Below, one piece after another: positions 19,234 through 59,838 of a stretch of 64,000 nucleotides of DNA. The position numbers were made by a program, and so were the translations under genes. Positions within the stretch are counted from its first letter, which is position 1, and every line of letters starts with the position of its first letter. The notes under the pieces were generated by a model. It did no database searches. It had not been told where the DNA came from and worked only from the letters and a program-made list of their open reading frames with translations. The stretch lies in NCBI RefSeq assembly GCF_009914755.1, contig NC_060936.1; one strand, written 5' to 3'. The stretch comes from the human T2T-CHM13v2.0 reference genome, Homo sapiens.

Positions 19234-19375
19234 CTATCTACTAGCTGAACAACAACAATAACAAAAAGTCTAAGATATTACTAATACTACATGGTGTGGA
19301 TAGATAAATTCCTCTGGAAAAGCTGAGACCCATATACACATAATTTAAAAGCAGGCCACATAAATACAAGAGGTC

Positions 19376-19819
19376 TGTGATGGTTAATACTGAGTGTCAA
19401 CTTGATTGGATTGAATGATGCAAAGTATTGTTCCTGGGTGTGTCTGTGAGGGTGTTGCCAAAGGAGATTAACATTTGAGTCAGTGGACTGTGAAAGGCAC
19501 ACCCACCCTTAATCTGGGTGGGCACAATCTAATCAGCTGCCAGTGTAGCCAGAATGAAAAACAGGCAGAAGAACCTGAAAAGACTAGCCTGGCTTAGCCT
19601 CCCAGCCTACATCTTTCTCCCGTACTGGATGCTTCCTCTTCTTGAATGTCAGACTCCAAGTTCTTCAGCTTTGGGACTCAGACTGGCTTCCTTGCTCCTC
19701 AGCTTGCAGACAGCCTATTGTGGGACTTTGTGATCATGTGAGTTAATACTCCTTAATAAACTCCCCTTTATATATACATCTATCCTATTAGTTCTGTCCC
19801 TCTAGAGAACCCTAATACA
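19376..19819 (+). mobile_element. MLT2A (HERV-L) solo LTR
   Basis: TGTGATGGTTAATACTGAGTGTCAACTTGATTGG...GAGAACCCTAATACA; TSD AGGTC 19371-19375 / 19820-19824. Confidence 0.92.
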
Positions 19820-20317
19820 AGGTCTCACCTAATTCCCCATGGTCATTTGATTTATTCAACTGGTTGCCTTTAATCCTAGGTTCATGGCTCAAAACTATTA
19901 TGTGAAATGAGATTATCATATTACTATGAACTTTACTTTGTATTTTTTTAACTTTGTACCTATTACTTCCCAAATTTCTACAAAAGTACAACTCCTAACA
20001 AAATAATGCTGGCCCAACACTTTGTGATGATAACAACACTTACAAAATAGCAAAATTAAACTTAACAATAGACTCCACCTGGTAGACTTACCCTGTGAGC
20101 CACTCCCTCCAAACTTCCCTTGTTGCTCAAATGTGACTAAAAGAGTTTGACACTAACTCCTAGTCACCAATGACTCCCTTCGACATGGGACCAGACCAAC
20201 AACCTGAGACAAATCCATCCTGACACCAAGAAACAATCAAACATAATTTTCAATCAAACAACCAGGATGACTGATCAGCAATGCTTTCAGAAAAAGATCT
20301 TGATCAAAGGGGAGAAA

Positions 20318-20732
20318 TGCGAAAATTGTCAGAATCAAAATGGAGTCACTCGGGTCAAATCCCTGACAAATGGAGCCAGGGAAGGCCAAGAACGGAGGTT
20401 CTCATGCACATATGCCTGATAATAAGAACCATCACAAAAGATCCTGCAAAAATCACAACATTGCACATAGGCCACTTCAACCTTACACACACAAAAAGTA
20501 CTTATGCAAGGATATCTGCCTAACAACTGCCGTCTAACCTTGGACTGATGCCACGCTTGTTAATCCTTGTATCCAAAGATAACAATTACGTAATCCTCCT
20601 TATTTTTCCTTTAAAAATCCTTGTTTTCCTTTACCTCCCTGAATATGCCCATCATATTCCCATTGCAGTGCTTACTTCTGAATAAATTCTATTTCTTTTA
20701 GAGAGTCTCTCTCTCTGTTATTTAGGCTGACA
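20318..20732 (+). mobile_element. ERV1 3' LTR, MER39-like
   Basis: TG...CA termini, start TGCGAAAATTGTCAGAATCAAAATGGAGTCAC, AATAAA at 20681, preceded by a PPT. Confidence 0.75.
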
Positions 20733-21374
20733 ACCTCAATAGCTTACTTAGTTCACTCTTCTACAAGAACACATTTAAAACTATCACAAACATGTGGTTG
20801 TCTAATTCTCTGTAAAATGATCTTGACTAGATGGCAGCTCAAGATTATCATAGAAAATAGTTTCCAATAAAGCATAAAAATACTATCATATTTTCATTTA
20901 ATTACACATCAGTATTAACCCTAGTTTAATGTTTAAAAAACCAAAAATAAAAAATAATTACACGCCAATAAAGCTGAAAAAATCTATTTTTTGCTATTGA
21001 TTAGCAAAAATTTAATCTCCTTTGATATCTAAACCATTAGAAGATCCTAAAAAATCACAATAATAATGTTACATAAACCCATAGCCACTGTAAAATTTAG
21101 GCCTTAGAGTTAGGCAAACTAAGTCCAAAAGGTCACTGAGGGAGTGAGACTACATTAACAAGCAAAGATCATAAAATTTAATTCTATATGGGAGAATATG
21201 TTTTCTATTGCCAGGCAGATGCAGACCCTGTTTTCTATTGCCAGGCAGATGCAGAAAGTAATCGATCAGTAAGGATGTGCAGGAATGAAAGGATTGCAAG
21301 TGAATCCTCTGTTTGAGGAAGTAGGGAGAGATTCTATATTACCTTGAAAAATAAACAGAACAATAATAGTTTAT

Positions 21375-21570
21375 ACTAATCAAGGGCACTTTACATTTGT
21401 TATCTAATTTCTTCTTCACAACAACTCTTAAGAACCTTGTCATTATTCTTATTTTACAAGATAAAACTAAGACTTAGAGAAGTTCACTTGCTTAAAAAGT
21501 CACAGAGCTAACAGCTGTGAAAGCTGTTGGCAGCTGTTGAACCCAGGTCCGATCGACTGCAAACTACAGC
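21375..21570 (-). mobile_element. MIR SINE
   Basis: cttcacaacaactct...attttacaagataaaactaagacttagagaagtt...gtcacagagcta. Confidence 0.7.
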
Positions 21571-21810
21571 TTTAATTCTAAGCCTTAAACTTCATGTCAT
21601 TTGCAACCCAAACTGGTGTCTCTAACATATCTGACTAGCACATTCTTCCAGGAAATAAAACGGTTCACTAAGAAAATATAGCTGATGGCACTTCAACTTG
21701 TATCAAAGTATACAGAAGAATAGCCAAGATTAAATGGAAAGGCTGACTGGGACAGTGTCTGGCATTGTTTTTTCTGTATCTTGTTTTTCCATAGCAGTTT
21801 TCCTGGTAAA

Positions 21811-22249
21811 CATAGATCAGTCAGGGTGGTGGGAAAAATTGTAGAAAGATGCAAACCTTCTTGGAAGGCCAGAAGTTTTCACAAAAGCTTTGGAAAAAGA
21901 TTTGGCTGAAGGTAGCCAGATTCTCTTATCCAGTGCCTGAAAGTTTAGGTTAGATAACAAGGAGATGTAAAGAAACTGATCTAGATAAGTTAGTTTACAT
22001 AGGCCTCGGAACCTGGCTTTTAATCATCTGCCCACAAATATGTTGACTCAAGGCCTTTGTCATTAAATCTACACTGAATAAATGCCCGCAGCACTGGCTT
22101 GTCAGGGCTGCAGCTGCTGACTCTTTACAGTACCCTCCTTGGTGTCTGTGGGTGGCCCAGTCCCGTAGCCCACTCTTTCACTAGATCCCTGTGTCTGAGT
22201 GCATTTGTTCATCCACTGTTCGGCCAGGGTCTGCGGGTTGGACCTGGCA
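21811..22249 (+). mobile_element. LTR22-like solo LTR (HERV-K HML-5)
   Basis: GATCAGTCAGGGTGGTGGGAAAAATT...GGGTCTGCGGGTTGGACCTGGCA; flanked by GGTAAA on both sides. Confidence 0.75.
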
Positions 22250-22582
22250 GGTAAACAGAAATCTTAGTGCAACAACCCTCTCAGATGCTTTTGGAGAAAG
22301 CATGGAATTTGTTCCTGATCCAAAAATTCTACAGGACAATCATATATATCCAAATTAATCCTCTCAGTGCAGAGCTAGTCATCTAAGGGAATAAAAAAAT
22401 CTGAGGTTTGACCATGGATCAGATTCCATCTTTCAGAGGCAGATGCTGTAGTGCAGACAAAGCCTTCTGATCCAAATGTTATCCTGGCATTGCAACATCT
22501 TTTTACTGGTTGGCTGAGTTCACAAAAGAAATAGTACTTGGAAAACAGCACATCTCAGCCTATTAATCAAAAACTGAAATTA

Positions 22583-22920
22583 CAGTCATGCACTGCATAA
22601 CAACATTTCGGTCAACAGCAGACCGCATATAAGACAGTGGCCGCATAAGATTATAATACTGTATTTTTTACCATACCTTTTCTATGTTTAGATATGCAAA
22701 TGCTTACCATTGTGTTACAATGGCCTATAGTATTCAATACAGTAACATGTTGTTTAGGTTTATAGCCTAGGAGCTGTAGGCTATACCATATAGCTTAGGT
22801 GTATAGTAGGCTATATCATCTAGGTTTGTGTAAATGCACTCTATGATGTTCACACAATGATGAAATTGCCTAATGATGCATTTTCAGAATGTATTGCTGT
22901 CGTTAAACGATGCATGACTG
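22583..22920 (+). mobile_element. Tigger3a/MER7A DNA transposon MITE, complete
   Basis: TIRs CAGTCATGCA...TGCATGACTG with TA target duplication on both sides. Confidence 0.88.
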
Positions 22921-23398
22921 TATTTCTGATGGCTTAGTTCAAAAATTCACTTTGCTTCTCAGGTAAGTTCCAGAATTAAAAACTAGCTATGGGCAAATGA
23001 TTGATTTCTTCTGTTCCAGTTCAGTGAAGTGGCATAAGCGTGCTCCAGCTGTACTGATCCAGTTTGCTCTGATCAGCTATGGGTTTCCTATAAAACTCTT
23101 TTCATTATGTGAATCAAACAGGAACTCAATAACTGCAGCCACATAATAAGGTTATAATATAAGAAGTGAACAAATCTCATTCTAATTTGTATCCCATGTC
23201 TACCCCAGTGGAAGATGGAAAGCTCAAAACAAAAATATTCGTGTGTCCTGAAGATTTAGCATCCTAAACCTGGAAAGCACATTAAAAAGCCATTTAATGT
23301 AATAATTTCCAAATGCCAGTTCAGAAATTAATGCTGATCCCTGACATTGCTCTAAGAACCAACAAACAGAAGAATAGCATCAACATCAAAAAATAGGA

Positions 23399-25179
23399 CC
23401 CCTCCCTCTCCCTCTCCCCTTTGCATGGTCCTCGTCTCCCCTTTGCACGGTCTCCCTCTAATGCCGAGCCGAGGCTGGACTATACTGCCGCCATCTCGGC
23501 TCACTGCAGCCTCCCTGCCTGATTCTCCTGCCTCAGCCTGCCGAGTGCCTGGGACTGCAGGTGCGCGCCGCCACACCTGACTGGTTTTCGTATTTTTTGG
23601 TGGAGACGGGGTTTCGCCGTGTTGGCTGGGCTGGTCTCCAGCTCCTGACCGCGAGTGGTCTGCCAGCCTCGGCCTCCTGAAGTGCTGGGATTGCAGACGG
23701 AGTCTCGCTCACTCAGTGCTCAATGTTGCCCAGGCTGGAGTGAGTGGCGTGATCTCGGATCGCTACAACCTCCACCTCCCAGCCACCTGCCTTGGCCTCC
23801 CAAAGTCCCAAGATTGCAGCCTCTGCCTGGCCGCCACCCCGTATAGGAAGTGAGGAGCGTCTCTGCCTGGCCGCCCATCGTCTGTGATGTGAGGAGCCCC
23901 TCTGCCTGGCCGCCCAGTCCGGGAAGTGAGGAGCGCCTCTTCCCGGCCACCACCCCGTCTAGGAAGTGAGGAGCGTCTCTGCCTGGCCACCCATCGTCTG
24001 GGATGTGAGGAGCCCCTCTGCCCGGCCGCCCAGTCTGGGAAGTGAGGAGTGCCTCTTCCTGGCCGTCATCCCGTCTAGGAAGTGAGGAGTGTCTCTGCCT
24101 GGCCGCCCATCATCTGGGATGTGGGGAGCACCTCTGCCCCGCCGCCCCATCTGAGATGTGAAGAGTGCCTCTGCCCGGCCATGATCCCGTCTGGGAACTG
24201 AGGAGTGTCTCTGCCCCGCCGCCACCCCGTCTGGGAGGTGAGGAGCATCTCTGACTGGCCGCCCTGTCTGAGAAGTGAGGAGCCCCTCCGCCCGGCAGCC
24301 GCCCCATCTGGGAAGTGGGGAGCCCCTCCGCCCGGCAGCCACCCCGTCTGGGAAGTGAGGAGCGTCTACGCCCGGCAGCCGCCCCGTCCAGGAGGTGGGG
24401 GGCAGCGCCCCCCTGGCCAGCCGCCCCGTCCGGGAGGTGGGGGGCAGCCCCCGCCCAGCCAGCCGCCCCGTCTGGGAGGTGGGGGCCAGCCCCCGCCCGG
24501 CCAGCCGCCCCGTCCGGGAGGTGGGGGGCCCCTCTGCCCGGCTGCCCCGTCTGGGAAGTGAGGAGCCCCTCTGCCTGGCCGCCGTCCCGTCTGGGAGGTG
24601 GGGGGGCCCCTCTGCCTGGCAGCCCCGTCTGGGAAGGGAGGAGCCCCTCTGCCCGGCCACCACCCCGTCTGGGAGGTGTACCCAACAGCTCATTGAGAAC
24701 GGGCCATGATGACAATGGCGGTTTTGTTGAATAGAAAAGGGGGAAATGTGGGGAAAAGAAAGAGAGATCAGATTGTTATTGTGTCTGTGTAGAAAGAAGT
24801 AGACATAGGAGACTCCATTTTGTTCTGTACTAGGAAAAATTCTTCTGCCTTGGGATGCTGTTAATCTATAACCTTACCCCCAACCCCGTGCTCTCTGAAA
24901 CATGTGCTGTGTCCACTAAGGGTTAAATGGATTAAGGGCGGTGCAAGATGTGCTTTGTTAAACAGATGCTTGAAGGCAGCATGCTCGTTAAGAGTCATCA
25001 CCACTCCCTAATCTCAACTACCCAGGGACACAAACACTGCGGAAGGCGGCAGGGCCCTCTGCCTAGGAAAACCAGAGACCTTTGTTCACAAGTTTATCTG
25101 CTGACCTTCCCTCCACTATTGTCCTATGACCCTGCCAAATCCCCCTCTCCGAGAAACACCCACGAATGATCAATAAATA

Positions 25180-25206
<27 letters not shown>
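23399..25206 (+). mobile_element. SVA retrotransposon, near full length (SVA_B-like)
   Basis: Short CCCTCT start, antisense Alu-like region, GC-rich VNTR (~23820-24680), SINE-R, AATAAA near 25172, poly(A); TSD AAAAAATAGGA 23388-23398 / 25207-25217. Confidence 0.95.
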
Positions 25207-25214
<8 letters not shown>

Positions 25215-27111
25215 GGAGGCCCACTCAGAGACCCCATCCGAAGGTCACCAACATCAAAGACCAAAGGTAGATAAATTCCACAAAGATGGGAAGAAACCAG
25301 CACAAAAAGGCTGAAAATTCCAAAAACCAAAACACCTCTTCTCCTCCAAAGGATCACAACTCCTTGCCAGCAAGGGAACAAAACTGGATGGAGAATGAGT
25401 TTGATGAATTGACAGAAGTAGGCTTCAGAAGGTGGGTAATAACAAACTCCTCTGAGTTAAAGGAGCACATTCTAACCCAATGCAAGGAAGCTAAGAACCT
25501 TGAAAAAAGGTTAGACAAATTGCTAACTAGAATAACCAGTTTAGAGAAGAACATAAATGACCTGATAGAGCTGAAAAACACAGCACAAGAACTTCGTGAA
25601 ACATACACAAGTATCAATAGCCAAATCAATCAAGTGGAAGAAAGGATATCAGAGATTGAAGATCAACTGAATGAAATAAAGTGAGAAGACAAGATTGGAG
25701 AAAAAAGAATGAAAAAGAATGAACAAAGCCTCCAAGAAATATGGGACTACGTGAAAAGACCAAATCTACGTTTGATTGGTGTACCTGAAAGTGATGGGGA
25801 AAATGGAACCAAGATGGAAAATACTCTTCAGGATATTATCCAGGAGAACTTCCCCAACCTAGCAAGACAGGCCAACATTCAAATTCAGGAAATACAGATA
25901 CCACCACAAAGATACTCCTCGAGAAGAGCAACCCCAAGACACAAAATCATCAGATTCACCAAGGTTGAAATGAAAGAAAAAATGTTAAGGGCAGCCAGAG
26001 AGAAAGGTCAGGTTACCCACAAAGGGAAGCCCATCAGACTAACAGTAGATCTCTCTGCAGAAACCCTACAAGCTAGAAGAGAGTGGAGGCCAATATTCAA
26101 CATTCTTAAAGAAAAGAATTTTCAACCCAGAATTTCATATCCAGCCAAATTAAGCTTCATAAGTGAAGGATAAATAAAATCCTTTACAGACAAGCAAATT
26201 CTGAGAGATTTTGTCACCACCAGGCCTGCCTTACAAGAGCTCTTGAAGGAAGCACTAAACATGGAAAGGAACAACTGGTACCAGCCACTGCAAAAACATA
26301 CCAAATTGTAGACCATCGACACTACGAAGAAACTGCTTCAACTAATGGGTAAAATAACCAGCTAGCATCATAATGACAGGATCAAATTCACACATGACAA
26401 TATTAACCTTAAATGCAAATGGGCTAAATGCCCCAATTAAAAGACACAGACCGGCAAATTGGATAAAGAGTCAAGACCCATTGGTGTACTGTATTCAGGA
26501 GACCCATCTCACGTGCAGAGACACACATAGGCTCAAAATAAAGGGATGAAGGAATATTTACCAAGCAAATGCAAAGCCAAAAAAAATAAAGCAGGGGTTG
26601 CAATCCTAGTCTCTGATAAAACAGACTTTAAACCAAACCAACAAAGATCAAAAGAGATAAAGAAGGGCATTACATAATGGTAAAGGGATCAATGCAACAA
26701 GAAGAGCTAACTATCCTAAATATATATGCACCCAATACAGGAGCACCCAGACTCATAAAACAAGTTCTTAGGGACCTACAAAGAGATTTAGACTGCCACA
26801 CAATAATGTGAGACTTTAATACCCCACTGTCGATATTAGATCAACGAGACAGAAAATTAACAAGGATATTCAGGACTTGAACTCAGCTCTAGACCAAGCG
26901 GACCTAATAGACATCTACAGAACTCTCTGCCCTAAATCAACAGAATATACATTCTTCTCAGCACCACATTGCATTTATTCTAAAATTGACCATATAATTG
27001 GAAATAAAACACTCCTCCACAAATGCAAAAGAACGGAAATCGTAACAAATAGTCTCTCAGACAACAGTGCAATCAAATTAGAACTCAGGATTAAGAAACT
27101 CACTCAGAATC

Positions 27112-27427
<316 letters not shown>

Positions 27428-28484
27428 TCACTCAAACCACACAACTACATGGAAACTGAACAACCTGCTCCTGAATGACTACTGGGTAAATAACGAAATT
27501 AAGGAAGCAATACGTAAGTTCTTTGAAACCAATGAGAACAAAGACACAACATACCAGAATCTTTGGGACACAGCCAAAGCAGTGTTTAGAGGGAAATTTA
27601 TAGCACTAAATGCCCACAGGAGGAAGCAAGAAAAATTTAAATCAACACCCTAATATCACAATGAAAAGAACTAGAGAAGCAAGAGCAAACAAATTCAAAA
27701 GCTAGCAGAACACAAGAAATAACTAAGATCAGAGCAAAACTGACGGAGATAGAGACAGGAAAAACCCTTCAAAAAAATCAATGAATCCAGGACCTGATTT
27801 TTTGAAAAGATTAATAAAATAGATAGACCACTAGCCAGACTAACAAAGAAGAAGAGAAGAATCAAATAGACACAGTAAAAAATGATAAAGGGGATGTCAC
27901 CACTGATCCCACAGAAATACAAACTACCATCAGAGAATACTATAAACACCTCTATGCAAATAAACTAGAAAACCTAGAAGAAATGGATAAATTCTTGGAC
28001 ACATACAACTTCCCAAGACTAAACCAGGAAGAAGGTGAATCCCTGAATAGACCAATAACAAGTTCTGAAATTTAGGCAGTAATTAATAGCCTACCAACCA
28101 GAAAAAGTCCAGGACCAGACAGATTCACAGACAAATTCTACCAGAGGTACAAAGGGGAGCTGGTACCATTTCTTCCGAAACTATTTCAAACAACAGAAAA
28201 AGAGAGAATCCTCCCTAACTCATTTTATGAGGCCAGCATCATCCTGATACCAAAAACCTGGCAGAGACACAACAAAAAAAGAAAAATTCAGGACAATATC
28301 CCTGATGAACATCGATGCGAAAATCCTCAACAAAATATGTCAAACTGAATCCAGCAGCACATTAAAAAGATTATCCACCATGATCAAGTTGGCTTCATCC
28401 CTGGGATGCAAGGCTGGATCAACAAATGCAAATCAATAAACGTAACCCATCACATAAACAGAACCAATGGCAAACACCACATGA

Positions 28485-28778
<294 letters not shown>

Positions 28779-28781
28779 TAA

Positions 28782-28949
<168 letters not shown>

Positions 28950-29082
28950 TGAGTGAACTCCCATTCACAATTGCTACAAAAGGAATTAAATACCTAGGAA
29001 TACAACTTCCAAGGGATGTGAAGGACCTCTTCAAGAAGAACTACAAACTGCTGCTGAAGGAAATAAGAGAGGACACAAATAA

Positions 29083-29253
<171 letters not shown>

Positions 29254-31062
29254 TAGCCAAGACAATCCTAAACAAAAAGAACAAAGCTGGAGGCATCATG
29301 CCACCTGACTTCAAACTATACTACAAAGCTACAGTAACAAAAACAGCATGGTACTGGTACCAAAACAGATATATAGATCAATGGAACAGAACAGAGGCCT
29401 CAGAAATAACACCACACATCTACAACCATCTGATCTTTGACAAACCTGACAAAAACAAGCAATGGGGAAAGGATTGCCTATTTAATAAATGGCGTTGGAA
29501 AAACTGGCTAGCCATGTGCAGAAAACTGAAACTGGACCCGTTCCTTACACCTTATACAAAAATTAACTCAAGATGGATTAAAGACTTAAACATAAGACTT
29601 AAAACCATAAAAACCCTAGAAGAAAACCTAGGCAATACCATTCAGGACATAGGCATGGGCAAAGACATCATGACTAAAACACCAAAATCAATGGCAACAA
29701 AAGCCAAAATTGACAAATGGGATCTAATTAAACTAAAGAGCTTCTGCACAGCAAAAGAAACTATCATCAAAGTGAACAGGCAGCCTATAGAATGGGAGAA
29801 AATTTTTGCAATCTATCCATCTGACAAAGGGCTAATATCCACGATCTACAAAGAACTTAAACAAATTTATAAGAACAAAACAACTCCATCAAAAAGTGGG
29901 CAAAGGATATGAACAGACACTTCTCAAAAGAAGACATTATGCAGCCAACAAACATATGAAAAAAAGCTCATCATCACTGGTCATTAGAGAAATGCAAATC
30001 AAAACCACAATGAGATACCATCTCACCCCAGTTAGAATGGGGATCATTAAAAAGTCAGGAAACAACAGATACTGGAGAGGATGTGGAGAAATAGGAACAG
30101 AAATAGAAATGCTTTTACACTGTTGGTGGGAGTGTAAATTAGTTCAACCATTGTGGAAGACGGTGTGGCAATTCCTCAAGGACCTAGAACCAGAAATACC
30201 ATTTGACCCAGCAATCCCATTACTGGGTATATACCCAAAGGATTAGAAATCATTCTACTATAAAGACATATGCCCATGTATGTTTATTGTGGCACTATTC
30301 ACAATAGCAAAGCCTTGGAACCAACCCAAATGCCCGTCAATGATAGACTGGATAAAGAAAATGTGGCTCATATACACTATGGAACACTATGCAGCTATAA
30401 AAAGGGATGAGTTTATGTCCTTTGCAGGGACATGGATGAAGCTGGAAACCATCATTCCCAGCAACTAACACAAGAACAGAAAACCAAACACCACATGTTC
30501 TCACTCATAAGTGGGACAATGAGAACACATGGACACAGGGAGGGGAACATCACACACCAGGGCCTGTCAGGGGGTTGGGGGCTAGGGGAGGGATAGCATT
30601 AGGAGAAATACCTAATGGAGATGATGGGTAGATGGGTGCAGCAAACCACCATGGCACATGTATACCTATGTAACAAACCTGCACGTCCTGCACACATACG
30701 CCAGAACTTAAAGTATTTTTTTTAAAAAAAGAAATGCTGAGGAAAATAGAGGCAATGAAATTAGTTTTTCATATGATTAAATTTACTAATTTAAAGAACC
30801 ACCAATTCTTCTGATATTATTTTTTTGCCAAGTTTTTTGTCTCAAATGTTATTTCTTTTATGAAAGTAGATGGTAGTTATGGTAGTTGTTTTTAAATGTT
30901 CTTCAGTTAGCAAAATATAAACTCGGCAACATTAAAACAACTCCCGTTTTTTTTTTCTTTTTAGTTTTTCTCATTTCTAAAATTCTGAAGTCTGGGACCC
31001 ACTGAACTACTTCTCTACTATATCACCTGAATTTCAGGTTAAAAAAAAAAAAAAAAAGTAAA

Positions 31063-33262
<2,200 letters not shown>

Positions 33263-34644
33263 TCAACTACTTAAAAACTACTATAGGAAATTCTGATTCT
33301 GTAAAACTGATGCCTGAGTGTACTGTCAACTTAGATAGGTCAACAGTAATAGGAAAATCAGAAAATTAATACAGTCTAGACAAGAAAATGTTTTCCTAAG
33401 GTTTGTGGAAAATTATATTTAAGCCAAACTTGGAATAGTTTCAGGATTTGGAACTACTCAGTTTTTAAAAGAGAATTGCCAGTTTCTTAGCATCATAACT
33501 CGTAAAAGAGGTGTTAGACCACATAAAATGGGGCTATGGTTTGGTACTGACCCAGATCTCCTAACCTGTTGTTCAGGGCACTTCTTACTATTTCTCTTCT
33601 GATGGCTTATACAGTTGGAGTATATTTTCTCTTCTCATAGCCTCTCTTGGGCTTGCAAACTAAGAGTGCTCCAGCTGTACTGAGCCATTTCTCCTCCATG
33701 ACCAGCTCTAAGTTTCCTACATCTAGTCAAAAGATCTAGGACATTTCCAAACCAATTTTGGGAGAAAGAGGCTCTAATGCCTTAACAGACCAGCTTGGTC
33801 AGCCTATCTTGTCAGACAGAAGCTTATTCCTAATCAAACAGATCTCTCCATAGGAAACTGTCTGAAGCCTTTCCAAACTATGCAATAAACTGGATCCACT
33901 TTCAAGACTAGGAAGAAACAATCACTATTGGTATAGTGCTTAGTTTAATGATCTTGATTCCCTTGCTCAGAGAAATCCATAAAAACACCATACACTCATA
34001 GAGAACCTTTAATTTTACAAAACATGTGTGCAGACATCTTATTTAACACTTTAAATCTGATGTAGATTAGAATGGCAATGATTTTCATTTTTAGAAAAAA
34101 AATTGATAAATATAAAAACAACTTCCTCGAAATCATACAGATTCTTAATAACAAAACTAAAATGAGAATCTAGGTCTCCTAAGTCTAGCTGTAGTACTTT
34201 CTTTACCATTGCTCTCCTAAAGTTGAATAAATGGACAAGTTGCACTATTTCATTTGAATTGTGGACCTCAATTTAAAGAAGGGAGCCAAGTAAAATAGTG
34301 TATTTTTTTCCTCCAACCTGGCAGGCTTATCAGAAGAAAAGACAATAAGGAATACTGAAACTTTTACTTAAGTCTGGAAGCACCTGGATTTTTTTTTCTA
34401 AAGAATAATTTAGATATATATTATAAGTTATTTAAATAATATGATCTCTGAGGCCTCCCAATTTCCCTGAATATCCAAAAGTTGAAATATTTTTAGCATA
34501 TTATCTGTCCCTGAGTTTTAGTATAAAATTTGCACCTAACAACTATAATAATAAACACTTGATATCACAGTAATGACACAATGATACAAGCCCTAATGAT
34601 CCCTACATAGGTGGGGAAAAAAATACACTTTAAAAAAACAAACT

Positions 34645-58499
<23,855 letters not shown>

Positions 58500-58662
58500 C
58501 TATAATATAGTGTTTTTAATATGAAAAAAGATAAAAGCTATTGTTTCAAAATGTAACAATAAACAAATACGTCTCCACTTCCCAAGGTGAATCATCTTTG
58601 TTTCTATCTAGATCTGAGTGTGCCTTTCTTGCAAGGTGCAGTGACAGTCTTGTAGCACTCAC

Positions 58663-58794
58663 CTGTCCAACTGCTTGTAGGTTATAGCAGATGATGTCCT
58701 TATTTGCTACTGAAGCTCCATAGAGAAGTGTCTCCGTGAGCCAGCAAAGTCCCAGGAGCAGGTCACAGAAGCTCAGATAAAAAAGTGGTCTTAT
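58663..58794 (-). CDS. TMEM116: TMEM116 internal coding exon (132 nt, phase 0-0): IRPLFYLSFCDLLLGLCWLTETLLYGASVANKDIICYNLQAVGQ
   Basis: Minus strand tttgacag|ATAAGA...GGACAG|gtgagt; stop-free; joins in frame to 10168-10272; peptide recognised as TMEM116. Confidence 0.93.
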
Positions 58795-59082
58795 CTGTCA
58801 AAGTAATAAAATCCTCATTTCATATGTGATGTAGCTAGGAGAATGTTAACAATGTAACAGTTCTTACATTTTATGTTTCTAGTAGGAAACTGACATCATT
58901 TTTCTGGGGCCTCTGCCATTGGTTGATTGTGGGCAATGCAAGGGAAGACTACAGATAGGAAGGAATCTATAACCACTATAACCACAGTTATCCCAACTGT
59001 TCTGGAATCAGAGTACTCATGGATAGATTAGTACTGAACCTTCTTACTCACAGGGACACTCCTTTCTTAGGTATAGGGTTAA

Positions 59083-59460
<378 letters not shown>

Positions 59461-59838
59461 AAACATCTTCTAAATATAAGAAATGAGGTATTCTGCTAAG
59501 TGTTTAGGGATGTGGCTGAGGACTTAAAGAAAATGAAAACGTTTACAGTAATAAAAAGTCAGGGTAAAAAGTCAGTAATACTGAAAAATGTCAGAATGAA
59601 CTGTATGTGTTGCCTTTCGGTTTCTGACCACACTGGTGAAATTTGTCTCTTCTTATTCTTCTCCTTTTGGCATCCCCATTCCCACTTATCTAAAAATAGT
59701 TTTGGTCCTATGGAGAAAATTATAAACCATTTATTGAGGGACTCCTAAAGATTAAATGCAATCTCAATGAAATCTCAACCTATTTTCCTGTGGAACTTGA
59801 CAAGCTGACTCTGAATCTGATGTGGAAGTACAAAATAT

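Noticed and set aside
23820-24680. Repeat-spacer-like array suggestive of CRISPR
   Set aside because: Degenerate tandem VNTR units with no unique spacers and no cas genes; primate SVA context
23959-24734. Long overlapping ORFs (244, 201, 139 aa) on both strands
   Set aside because: They arise from the GC-rich, stop-poor SVA VNTR; repetitive peptides, not genes
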